The notes under the pieces were generated by a model. It did no database searches, had not been told where the DNA came from, and saw nothing but the letters and a program-made list of their open reading frames with translations. This document shows, one piece after another, positions 1-6,997 of a DNA stretch of 8,268 nucleotides (positions within the stretch are counted from its first letter, which is position 1; every line of letters begins with the position of its first letter). The stretch is from Candidatus Iainarchaeum sp. (GTDB taxonomy: Archaea > Iainarchaeota > Iainarchaeia > Iainarchaeales > CSSED10-239), in contig PWLL01000007.1 in NCBI GenBank assembly GCA_003559395.1, positions 1 to 8,268 on the forward strand. The letters run 5' to 3'. The position numbers and the translations under genes were made by a program.

Positions 1-70
1 AGAGGTCAAGACTCTGGCTGACTTTGGGCTATAACTCTAAGGATTGGAGGTATTTATGATTTAATGGAAA

Positions 71-106
71 GTTATATAACCTTACATATCATATATTATA
101 TGTAAG
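71..106. promoter_or_regulatory. AT-rich palindrome cluster in the leader upstream of the first gene; candidate operator, TATA-like promoter element or origin-like structure
   Basis: GTTATATAAC (71-80) is a perfect 10-bp palindrome. It is followed directly by the 9-bp inverted repeat CTTACATAT (81-89) / ATATGTAAG (98-106) with an 8-nt spacer. It lies in the only sizeable non-coding leader (1-187/193). There is no T-tract after the hairpin, so it is not a classical intrinsic terminator. The function is inferred. Confidence 0.3.
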
Positions 107-143
107 AAGTGCCCCCGATGATGCTTCGGTGGAGGGGTATTTG

Positions 144-177
144 GAAAAACAGATTGGATAGCTACTTGAAAAACAGA
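144..177 (+). repeat. Direct repeat GAAAAACAGA x2 (24-nt period) just upstream of the first gene's RBS; possible regulator-binding site
   Basis: The 10-mer GAAAAACAGA occurs at 144-153 and 168-177, each preceded by TTG. AGAAGG (181-186) and ATG 194 follow. Only the sequence repeat is observed; no function is shown. Confidence 0.25.
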
Positions 178-193
178 ATTAGAAGGTTTGGAT

Positions 194-1348
194 ATGTCAG
201 ACAAGAAATTCAACGATGTAAAGAAGTCATTAGAGAAAACTTCCGAATGGAAGAACCTTGACGAGGAAACGGCAACCAGAGTATTAAATGAAACGTATGG
301 GAAATATAAAGACCGATACGGCGTTCCCACTATTGTGTCGTTTATTCGTGGAAAACTCCGTAATGAGAAGAAATCAATTGATGCAGAAAGTGTAACCGGA
401 TTTACTCTTGGTGGGTGTGATAGAGAAGGAAAGAAACTTCCCGTTTCTCACGTTCTTGTGAAGAGCGATAAGAAAATGGAGAAGATTGTTGCTTGGAAGC
501 CGGGTATTATTCCATCGGGTGCGCACATTGTGACAATTAAAGGCACTTTCAACGATTCTTTTATGAATTACCAGATTGAAGAACTCGTTGAGGCAAAGCC
601 CGTTGATGATTTAAGTAAAATTTCGTCTGCGGCTTTGACAATAAACGATGAATCACAGTTTGAGAATTATCTTGGTGCTGGTTCTCCGTGTATGGTAAAG
701 GGGCGTATTGCATACGTTAATCCTGTTTTTAACAAGGATGATGAGGGCAACCGTGCCGATGCAAACCCAATTCTCTTCAATGGGAACCTCACATGCGAGA
801 TTGTTCTGGAATATGACGGTCTGGTATCTCTGAATCTTCGTTTGAACCCACAGAATAAGGGGAAACCCTATGTTGGAATATCGGATATTGACAATCTTGT
901 CGAAGATGCAATGACCGATTTTGAAACCGCCGAAGATCAGGCGAACTTCCTCCAGATGGCACTACAGGGACGGATGGTTCTGGCAACCGGAGATATTATG
1001 AATATCTCTGAGAGATTCACCAAAGAAGGTGAGAGGAAACTTCCGGTCTACATCAGTGTTGGTGGGATTATTGAAATTCCAGAAGAAGCACAGACTGTAG
1101 ATAAGCCAAAAGAGGAGGAAATTGAGAAGGAATTTGAACAGGATGCGGTTCCTGTCAATTCTAAGACAATTAACGCTCTTGCCGAACAGATTGTAGAATT
1201 CTGCAAAACGGTGAATAAAACGCCAACAATGGTATCACCAACCTCGCTTAAGAAAGCCGGAATCGGTGAGGGATACACAAACGCAGGTATTGAACTCGGT
1301 ATTCATAAGGCTAAGTCGTTATATGATAACGGCGCAAAACAGGCGTGA
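194..1348 (+). CDS. Hypothetical protein (384 aa from ATG 194); possibly an OB-fold ssDNA-binding or recombination accessory protein
   Basis: Long ORF. The track start at 188 is TTG; the first ATG at 194 lies 7 nt after AGAAGG (181-186). Stop is TGA 1346-1348. I see no nameable catalytic motif. Two beta-rich segments (about nt 383-592 and 680-1078) are followed by an acidic linker EEAQTVDKPKEEEIEKEFEQD (about 1076-1147) and a small C-terminal helical domain. The gene sits directly upstream of a Sak4-type ATPase. The functional guess is inference only. Confidence 0.6.
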   Translation: MSDKKFNDVKKSLEKTSEWKNLDEETATRVLNETYGKYKDRYGVPTIVSFIRGKLRNEKKSIDAESVTGFTLGGCDREGKKLPVSHVLVKSDKKMEKIVAWKPGIIPSGAHIVTIKGTFNDSFMNYQIEELVEAKPVDDLSKISSAALTINDESQFENYLGAGSPCMVKGRIAYVNPVFNKDDEGNRADANPILFNGNLTCEIVLEYDGLVSLNLRLNPQNKGKPYVGISDIDNLVEDAMTDFETAEDQANFLQMALQGRMVLATGDIMNISERFTKEGERKLPVYISVGGIIEIPEEAQTVDKPKEEEIEKEFEQDAVPVNSKTINALAEQIVEFCKTVNKTPTMVSPTSLKKAGIGEGYTNAGIELGIHKAKSLYDNGAKQA

Positions 1349-1352
1349 TCTT

Positions 1353-2135
1353 ATGGCTGTATTCAAAAAGAGCGTTCGTCATCAGAAGAAATTGAAGATG
1401 TCTATTGTTGGGCCAAGTGGGAGTGGGAAAACCTACTCATCCATTTTGCTTGCTAGAGGGATTGTTGGAGAAAAGGGTAAGATTGCTTTCGTAGATTCGG
1501 AAAATCGCTCTTCTGAATTATATTCCGACTTAACGGAATTTGATACCGCACAGTTGAGTGAGAAAATAACTATAGAAGAGATAGAGGACGCTGTAAAATC
1601 AGCTATTGATGGAAACTACGATATTCTGGTAATTGACACAATCACTCCTGTCTGGCATACCATGTTAGAGATCCATGAAAAATATGCACGACAAAGCGGT
1701 AATTCCTTCACTGCTTGGAATAAAGTGACTCCTTTATACAATAGGTTCGTAAACGGGATTGTTCGGGCAAATATCCATATTATCTTCACCATTAGAGCAA
1801 AGACCCAATATGATGTTGTTGTTGGTGATGATAAAAAAATGACACCGAAAAAAATGGGTATTGGTCCGGTTTTCCGACAAGGTATTGATTATGAGCCTGA
1901 TATTGCCTTCGATATGCACTTCAATGGCGAATCTAATGTCGCAATGGTCACTAAAAGTAGGATTAAAGTTCTCCCATTAGGTCATGAATTCATACCTTCT
2001 ATCGAAATTGGAGAGAGTATTAGCGCGTGGTTAAGCGGTGGCGCTGTAGAAGAGATAGAATCAGAAACAAAGCCTGTAGAGCAGAAACCAAAAAGAGGAA
2101 AGACGGTATCGAAGGGAGATGAAAATCTATGGTGA
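1353..2135 (+). CDS. RecA-fold P-loop ATPase, AAA_24 / Sak4-like phage recombination ATPase
   Basis: Walker A GPSGSGKT (nt 1410-1433) lies near the N-terminus. A Walker B-like strand YDILVIDTIT is present, and the size is about 260 aa with a basic/acidic tail. The track start at 1266 would overlap the upstream gene by 83 nt. ATG 1353 lies 4 nt after that gene's stop; ATG 1398 (MSIVGPSGSGKT) is an alternative. Stop TGA 2133-2135 overlaps the next start (ATGGTGA). Confidence 0.7.
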   Translation: MAVFKKSVRHQKKLKMSIVGPSGSGKTYSSILLARGIVGEKGKIAFVDSENRSSELYSDLTEFDTAQLSEKITIEEIEDAVKSAIDGNYDILVIDTITPVWHTMLEIHEKYARQSGNSFTAWNKVTPLYNRFVNGIVRANIHIIFTIRAKTQYDVVVGDDKKMTPKKMGIGPVFRQGIDYEPDIAFDMHFNGESNVAMVTKSRIKVLPLGHEFIPSIEIGESISAWLSGGAVEEIESETKPVEQKPKRGKTVSKGDENLW

Positions 2136-3544
2136 TATCAGTTAAAATCACAAATCCTCCGGGATCTGGGCTTTGTTTCATCAATGTGGGTAGAGGTGCA
2201 ATTCCTCCCTATGTTTTTGAGAATTTGGATAATACACTCTCAGATTACGTTAAAAATTTTGAATGGACAGAGAAGTTCAAATCAGGAGAATGGGATGGGA
2301 AATACCATCTTTTCAAGAAAGCGTCCAGTGGCTCTTGGTATTTTCCAATTGGTTACTTAAATGAGGTCGTTTCATATCTTCAATCTGAAAATATCGAAAT
2401 AGACGCAATTAACCTCCAAAAGCCGAACTGGACTAAAAAACTTGATATTTCGTGGAATTCTGATAAGATTGAGCTTAGAAAGTATCAGCGTGATATTATC
2501 GAAAAAATAATCGATTACAACGCACCATGCACGATTCAGATACCAACTGGTGCAGGAAAAACGGCAATTGCGTTAAATTACGCTTCGATATTGAAAAGAC
2601 CGTTTTTAGTGGTCGTTCATCGAAAAGAACTCCTGTATCAATGGAAATCAGAAATTGAAGCAATGTTTGGAGTTACACCAACTATTATTGGCGATGGTCG
2701 AAAGGATTGGTCTGGTGACATCGTTGTCGCAATGGTTCAAACTTTGCACAAGATTGTTAAATCGGGCGTTAAACTGGCGTTTCCGTTGATAATTTTTGAC
2801 GAGTGTCACACATTACCCGCTAGCGAGGCATATTCAACGGCAATGTCAATTGGAGCAAGGTGGAGGCTAGGATTGTCTGCAACAGCACGTAGAGAGGATA
2901 ATAAAGATAAAATGCTGTGGGGTGCGACTGGATCGATAATTTGTTCACTTACTGTGCCGGATTTGGTTAAGAAAGGATACCTGATAGAACCCATATTCAG
3001 GCTCATAGAAGCCCCTTATCCTTCACACATCATTGGAAATAGGGAGAAATACGCAAATGTCTACAAATATGGAATTGTCCATAACTCTGAACGAAACAAG
3101 AAAATCTTTGATGAAGCGAGAAAAGGTGTATTAGATGGGAGAAAAACCTACATCCATGTTAGACACATCAGACACGGAGAATTATTGAATAGAGAGATAA
3201 ATGGGTCTGTATTCATTCATGGTAACAGTAAAGATAGGGAATCGGCATTAGAAGCGTTTAAACGTGGTGAAATTCCTTGCCTCATCTCTACATTGTTAAA
3301 AGAGGGAGTAAACGTGCCTATAGCCGACAAATACATAAATGCGGCTGGTGGGGCTTCATATATCTCAACAATCCAGACTGCGGGGAGGACTCTTAGGACT
3401 GCTGAAAACAAAGAAAATACAATTATTGTGGATTTTATTGATAATGCACACAAATTTCTGGAAGAACACACCAGAATGAGGTTTGATGCGTATAAAGAAG
3501 TTTATGAAGAGTATTTTGACAATGCAGAAGTTATAGGTGGTTAA
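2129..3544 (+). CDS. Superfamily 2 DExH-box DNA/RNA helicase (ResIII-type N-lobe plus helicase C-lobe) with an N-terminal domain of about 115 aa
   Basis: Motif I IPTGAGKT (PTGAGKT = nt 2543-2563). Motif II FDECH (DECH = nt 2798-2809). Motif III-like GLSATARR. Motif VI QTAGRTLR near the C-terminus. KYQRDII lies upstream of motif I. AAGGGAGA precedes ATG 2129. Stop is TAA 3542-3544. Confidence 0.85.
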   Translation: MVISVKITNPPGSGLCFINVGRGAIPPYVFENLDNTLSDYVKNFEWTEKFKSGEWDGKYHLFKKASSGSWYFPIGYLNEVVSYLQSENIEIDAINLQKPNWTKKLDISWNSDKIELRKYQRDIIEKIIDYNAPCTIQIPTGAGKTAIALNYASILKRPFLVVVHRKELLYQWKSEIEAMFGVTPTIIGDGRKDWSGDIVVAMVQTLHKIVKSGVKLAFPLIIFDECHTLPASEAYSTAMSIGARWRLGLSATARREDNKDKMLWGATGSIICSLTVPDLVKKGYLIEPIFRLIEAPYPSHIIGNREKYANVYKYGIVHNSERNKKIFDEARKGVLDGRKTYIHVRHIRHGELLNREINGSVFIHGNSKDRESALEAFKRGEIPCLISTLLKEGVNVPIADKYINAAGGASYISTIQTAGRTLRTAENKENTIIVDFIDNAHKFLEEHTRMRFDAYKEVYEEYFDNAEVIGG

Positions 3545-3545
3545 A

Positions 3546-3896
3546 ATGGGTTTAGATATTAAGTTATTTAGGGTTTTACAGTGTGTTTGGGACGGAGGAA
3601 CGACACACAATATGGTTAAAATGGCAAATGAAATACCTGTTAGATGTATTAAAGATAAGCCTATAACAGCGTTTTGTTACATTTGGGACCCACACAATCT
3701 GGGAATCTTTCTCGCAAAGGATATGATTGAGCCATTGCATATAATAATATCAAGTATGTTATTAGAATATGATTCTCTGATTAAATTCAATCCTGAGAAC
3801 GGATGGGGAAGTTATAACGTATTCCTTCGGTTTTTGGTTGATTATTTCCTTGCTTGTAAGGAAAACCCAGAATCATATATTGAGGTGTATATATGA
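3546..3896 (+). CDS. Hypothetical protein (116 aa)
   Basis: The track start at 3537 is GTG, inside the helicase 3' end. ATG 3546 lies 5 nt after GGTGG (3536-3540) and 1 nt after the helicase stop. Stop TGA overlaps the next ATG (ATGA at 3893-3896). I recognise no domain. Confidence 0.7.
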   Translation: MGLDIKLFRVLQCVWDGGTTHNMVKMANEIPVRCIKDKPITAFCYIWDPHNLGIFLAKDMIEPLHIIISSMLLEYDSLIKFNPENGWGSYNVFLRFLVDYFLACKENPESYIEVYI

Positions 3897-4267
3897 AGCC
3901 AATTCAGCATCAACGGTATTTAAATTATATCCCGAAAGAGGAAATGGTAAAGAATGGAGAAATAAGGATGGATATTGTTATAGGAGGAACATATCGTGTA
4001 AATGATGAGGTTACATTCATAAACGGGTTATATGCCAATAATGTGTTAAAACGGGCTAGGATCGCCACCATTGAGCCATTATATATGGATAAATCTGGAG
4101 TCTATACGGTCATTGGGTCTGAACAAATACTGAATGTATGGAATAGTGAGTTTGTTAATTCTCTCGCATTGGAGTATGGGTTACGTGATTGGAAGGAATT
4201 TAAATTTCTATTCACTAAATTACACGGATTACAAGCAAAAATGAAATATCAGGTTATTCGATGGTGA
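3893..4267 (+). CDS. Hypothetical protein, weakly ASCH/PUA-like
   Basis: GAGGTG lies 5 nt upstream of ATG 3893. The C-terminal half (ARIATIEPL...LALEYGLRDWKEFKFLFTKLHG...YQVIRW) resembles the ASCH-domain pattern of a beta-barrel strand, an EGF-like segment, then a terminal strand. The N-terminal motif is not clear. The family assignment is tentative. Confidence 0.55.
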   Translation: MKPIQHQRYLNYIPKEEMVKNGEIRMDIVIGGTYRVNDEVTFINGLYANNVLKRARIATIEPLYMDKSGVYTVIGSEQILNVWNSEFVNSLALEYGLRDWKEFKFLFTKLHGLQAKMKYQVIRW

Positions 4268-4274
4268 TTGAAAA

Positions 4275-4664
4275 ATGTTAAGAATTGCACACGATTTGGA
4301 TTATACTATCCTCTGGTCGGATGTTATGCCAAAACCAGCTAGGATTTGTGCCGATTCAGCACCGTATCTGAAAGAATGTTATATCGGGAAGGAGAAGGAC
4401 ATTAAGATGATTATTACAGGACGACCAGAAAGCGAGCGACCAGAAACAGAGGATTTATTGAGGAGTTTTGGAATTGATGCAAAATTAATCATGAATCCTA
4501 TAGAAAACTTCAAAATGGAGCATATTGCTACAATAAAGGCTCAATATTTGTATGTTAATCTAATTAGCTTCTATGTGGAGGATAATGATTTCTACCGTAA
4601 AGTAATGTCCGAATATTGGGATGGAAAATGTATTAGTAGCGAGGAATGGATGAATTATGTTTGA
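4275..4664 (+). CDS. Small HAD-superfamily phosphatase (polynucleotide 3'-phosphatase / nucleotidase-like), with no kinase domain
   Basis: HAD motif I DLDYT (DxDxT, nt 4293-4307) follows a hydrophobic strand. Motif II is IITGR. A conserved Lys sits in ATIKAQY. Motif IV is the acidic FYVEDND. The order and spacing resemble the phosphatase half of phage Pnkp-type enzymes. GGTGAT lies 6 nt upstream of the ATG. Confidence 0.6.
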   Translation: MLRIAHDLDYTILWSDVMPKPARICADSAPYLKECYIGKEKDIKMIITGRPESERPETEDLLRSFGIDAKLIMNPIENFKMEHIATIKAQYLYVNLISFYVEDNDFYRKVMSEYWDGKCISSEEWMNYV

Positions 4665-4902
4665 AAGTAACAAGAAACACAAATTAAACACTAGAGCGGC
4701 GATTTCCCAGAGTTTATCGGAAGGGAAATCAATAACCCTTAAATCTTCGGTTAATTCAAGAGAAACCGTTGTATTTGTGTTTAATTCAACAACAAACCTA
4801 GTAAATGCTTATGGTGCTAGGTCTTTCAGAGAAATGAGTACATATACCTTAAACCAAGCAGGAGATTACATATATAAGAATTATAACCGTATAATCTGGT
4901 GA
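4657..4902 (+). CDS. Hypothetical protein (81 aa)
   Basis: ATG 4657 overlaps the upstream stop (ATGTTTGA) and GAGGAA lies upstream. Stop is TGA 4900-4902. No recognisable domain. Confidence 0.6.
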   Translation: MFESNKKHKLNTRAAISQSLSEGKSITLKSSVNSRETVVFVFNSTTNLVNAYGARSFREMSTYTLNQAGDYIYKNYNRIIW

Positions 4903-4903
4903 T

Positions 4904-5317
4904 TTGGTGAGTAAATGGATAAATGACGATGGATATTACAATATTCGTATAAACGGGCGTGTAATGTTAGAACATCGTCACATCATTGAGCAAAAAATAG
5001 GGAGGGAATTAAAAGAAAAAGAGCGGGTTCATCATATAAATGGGGATAAATTAGATAATAGACCAGAAAATCTGGTTATTTTATCTAATAGAAGACATAC
5101 AGCATATCATAATACGGGGAAATTAGAGCCTATATGGGCATTTACTACCTGTTTATACTGTGGAAAAGTAATTGAACGAAGAATTAAGAAAATGAAAGAA
5201 AGACCACATTCTTTCTGTAACAGGGAATGTTATCGGTTAGGAGCGCATTTAGCACCCGGAAACAATCGGAAGGGAATTAAGAAAGCAAAAACAAGTTTGG
5301 GGATTAAAAATGACTGA
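4904..5317 (+). CDS. HNH homing-type endonuclease (HNH_3-like) with a C-terminal zinc ribbon
   Basis: The core is EHRHIIEQKIGRELKEKERVHHINGDKLDNRPENLVILSNRRHTAYH (H-N-N-H spacing). The N-terminal KW..DGYY.I.INGR strand is typical of phage HNH_3 proteins. The C-terminal part is CLYCG...FCNRECY. There is no in-frame ATG before the domain, so the start must be TTG 4904 or GTG 4907, just after GGTGA (4898-4902). Confidence 0.85.
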   Translation: MVSKWINDDGYYNIRINGRVMLEHRHIIEQKIGRELKEKERVHHINGDKLDNRPENLVILSNRRHTAYHNTGKLEPIWAFTTCLYCGKVIERRIKKMKERPHSFCNRECYRLGAHLAPGNNRKGIKKAKTSLGIKND

Positions 5318-6143
5318 TTTGACAAAAGAATGGCTAACACCACCAGAAATAATTAATCTAGTATTAGAGGTTTTTGGTGGTGAAATAGACCTTGATCCAT
5401 GTTCCAATCTGGGAATACCCAATATTCCGGCAAAGAAACACTACGATATTTATTCAGACGGATTGAAACAGAAGTGGAAGGGCAAAGTATTCCTTAATCC
5501 TCCATACGGGCTTGATGTTAATAATTGGGTCAATAAACTTATCAGAGAAATGGAAAATTTCGATGAATTGATACTAGTTGTGGCTGCACGAACAGACACG
5601 AGATGGTTTAAGAAATTAAACAAGTTTCCGTGGTGTGGGGTTAATGGGAGAATTAAGTTTATTAAATACAATTCCTTAACGAAAACTCAATATGAGAATC
5701 AATCCTCTCCTGAATTCCCTAGTGCGATATTCTATATCGGTAAAAATCTTCAGAAGTTTATATCGGTATTTTCACGAATTGGCCCGATTTGGATTAATTA
5801 TACTACCACAACGAATGAAAACAAAAACGATTCCAACTTCAAGGTTTGTTCCGAATGCGGATTGATAAAATCAATGGAATCATATTATTTCAAAGCGGGA
5901 AAACCATTCAAACAATGCAAGTCCTGTATAGCGAGGTTAAGGAAAACTAAGCGTAAAAAGCAGATATATAAGAATACGACTATCATAGATCCTGACGATT
6001 TACGAAATATGTTTAATGAAGAGAATCTATCCGTTTCAGAAATAGCGTATATTATAGGAAGAACACCGAAATCTACGGGAGCATTATTGAGAAGATTTGG
6101 GGTTGATACACATGCTAGAAGGGGAAAGTATCAGAGGGACTGA
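5310..6143 (+). CDS. Phage Dam-family DNA N6-adenine methyltransferase fused to a C-terminal zinc ribbon and an HTH DNA-binding module
   Basis: The N-terminal EWLTPPEII..V.EVFGGEIDLDPCS signature and the catalytic NPPY (nt 5496-5507) match the phage Dam family (PF05869-type). ARTDTRWF and GRIKF also match that family. After about residue 165 come CSECG...CKSC (about nt 5847-5927) and an HTH, LSVSEIAYIIGRTPKSTGALLRRFGV (about nt 5994-6107). ATG 5310 overlaps the HNH stop. Confidence 0.85.
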   Translation: MTDLTKEWLTPPEIINLVLEVFGGEIDLDPCSNLGIPNIPAKKHYDIYSDGLKQKWKGKVFLNPPYGLDVNNWVNKLIREMENFDELILVVAARTDTRWFKKLNKFPWCGVNGRIKFIKYNSLTKTQYENQSSPEFPSAIFYIGKNLQKFISVFSRIGPIWINYTTTTNENKNDSNFKVCSECGLIKSMESYYFKAGKPFKQCKSCIARLRKTKRKKQIYKNTTIIDPDDLRNMFNEENLSVSEIAYIIGRTPKSTGALLRRFGVDTHARRGKYQRD

Positions 6144-6498
6144 AATTAGTAGGTGTGAGGTTTGTGGAGAATTTATCACACACGGTTCAAAATGTTGTCG
6201 GAATTGTTATCAAAAAGTTCCAAGAATCTATAAGCGTTCAAATGATATATGTAACGAGATTAATTCGATGATTCAACCATATTTAAAGTCTGAATTGGTA
6301 TCTCCTTTATATATATCGAAGGAAATTTCAGAAAGGATGATAACAACATCACATAAGCCAACGATAGCCAGATTTGTAAGGATTTTGTTAAAAGACTACG
6401 GATACATAAACGATCCCAATTGCACGGCAAAACGAAACAGATTAATGATATTCGCTGGTCTGGATGGAGAAAATAATGAAAGGAAAAAGACCGTGTAA
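6112..6498 (+). CDS. Hypothetical zinc-ribbon protein (128 aa from ATG 6112)
   Basis: N-terminal CEVCG...CCRNCY (CxxC...CxxC). The track start at 6097 is TTG. The first ATG at 6112 still overlaps the methyltransferase gene by 32 nt. Stop is TAA 6496-6498. The C-terminal half is unassigned. Confidence 0.55.
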   Translation: MLEGESIRGTEISRCEVCGEFITHGSKCCRNCYQKVPRIYKRSNDICNEINSMIQPYLKSELVSPLYISKEISERMITTSHKPTIARFVRILLKDYGYINDPNCTAKRNRLMIFAGLDGENNERKKTV

Positions 6499-6664
6499 AT
6501 TGGGGTGTATTTTCTTTGTTGAAGAAGATATGGGGATAGTTATAATATGGTCGTGTAGATTGATGAATAAACAAATTGGGTATGAAACAGACGGTGATTT
6601 GTTAGATCCTCCGGGGTGTGATCACTGGACTGATGGTGCTTGGGATATGCGAGCAATTCCTTAA
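6476..6664 (+). CDS. Small Cys-rich hypothetical protein (62-66 aa)
   Basis: The ORF spans 6464..6664. ATG 6476 lies 5 nt after GGAGA (6466-6470), and ATG 6464 is the alternative. It overlaps the upstream gene by 23-35 nt. It contains CKLGC...C...GCDHW. Coding status is supported mainly by the tight operon context. Confidence 0.45.
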   Translation: MKGKRPCKLGCIFFVEEDMGIVIIWSCRLMNKQIGYETDGDLLDPPGCDHWTDGAWDMRAIP

Positions 6665-6696
6665 AAGACAATTTAAAATCGTTTGGTAGGTGAATT

Positions 6697-6981
6697 ATGT
6701 GTAAAGTATCGCGCGATTATGAAAAACTGAATGATTACTACTGGTTATACACACAATATGTTGTTAAAGGGCGTTCATCAACAAAAATAGCGAACGAAGT
6801 TGGTTGTCACAAATATACCGTAATTAATGCACTAAAAAAACACAAAATTGAAATTAAACCACGTGGTGGTTATCATGGGGTTACTCGCGGTAAGGCAATC
6901 TCATTGCGCCCTGCAATGTATAGTATGCCAGAAGAACTCGCTAAAGTGCTTAAATTACCATCAAATAAGGAAGAAAGATGA
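6697..6981 (+). CDS. Helix-turn-helix DNA-binding protein, paralogous to the C-terminal HTH of the methyltransferase
   Basis: AGGTGA lies just upstream of ATG 6697. The segment DYYWLYTQYVVKGRSSTKIANEVGCHKYTVINALKKHKIEIKPRGG aligns position for position with DPDDLRNMFNEENLSVSEIAYIIGRTPKSTGALLRRFGVDTHARRG of the preceding methyltransferase. Shared positions are S..(E/K)IA...G....T....L(K/R)(K/R)...R.G. Confidence 0.7.
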   Translation: MCKVSRDYEKLNDYYWLYTQYVVKGRSSTKIANEVGCHKYTVINALKKHKIEIKPRGGYHGVTRGKAISLRPAMYSMPEELAKVLKLPSNKEER

Positions 6982-6997
6982 AATTAGGTGATATGAT

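Noticed and set aside
1-59. The 3' end of an upstream gene at the left window edge.
   Set aside because: All three forward frames reach stops within 59 nt (at 19-21, 32-34 and 57-59). The fragment is too short to decide which frame, if any, is coding.
111-138. GC-rich imperfect hairpin (GCCCCCGATGATGCTTCGGTGGAGGGG) as a terminator or small RNA.
   Set aside because: The stem needs several bulges, no U-tract follows, and no tRNA-like cloverleaf can be drawn. It is kept only as part of the leader description.
1266-1352. The track's upstream start (ATG 1266) for the Sak4-like ATPase.
   Set aside because: It would overlap the preceding gene by 83 nt and add a non-conserved-looking leader. ATG 1353 sits 4 nt after the upstream stop, which matches the coupling seen elsewhere.
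1833-1854. Two A7 runs (1833-1839 and 1848-1854) inside the ATPase gene as a possible programmed frameshift site.
   Set aside because: They simply encode a repeated KKM(T/G) motif (DDKKMTPKKMG). No extended alternative-frame ORF follows, and there is no downstream structure.
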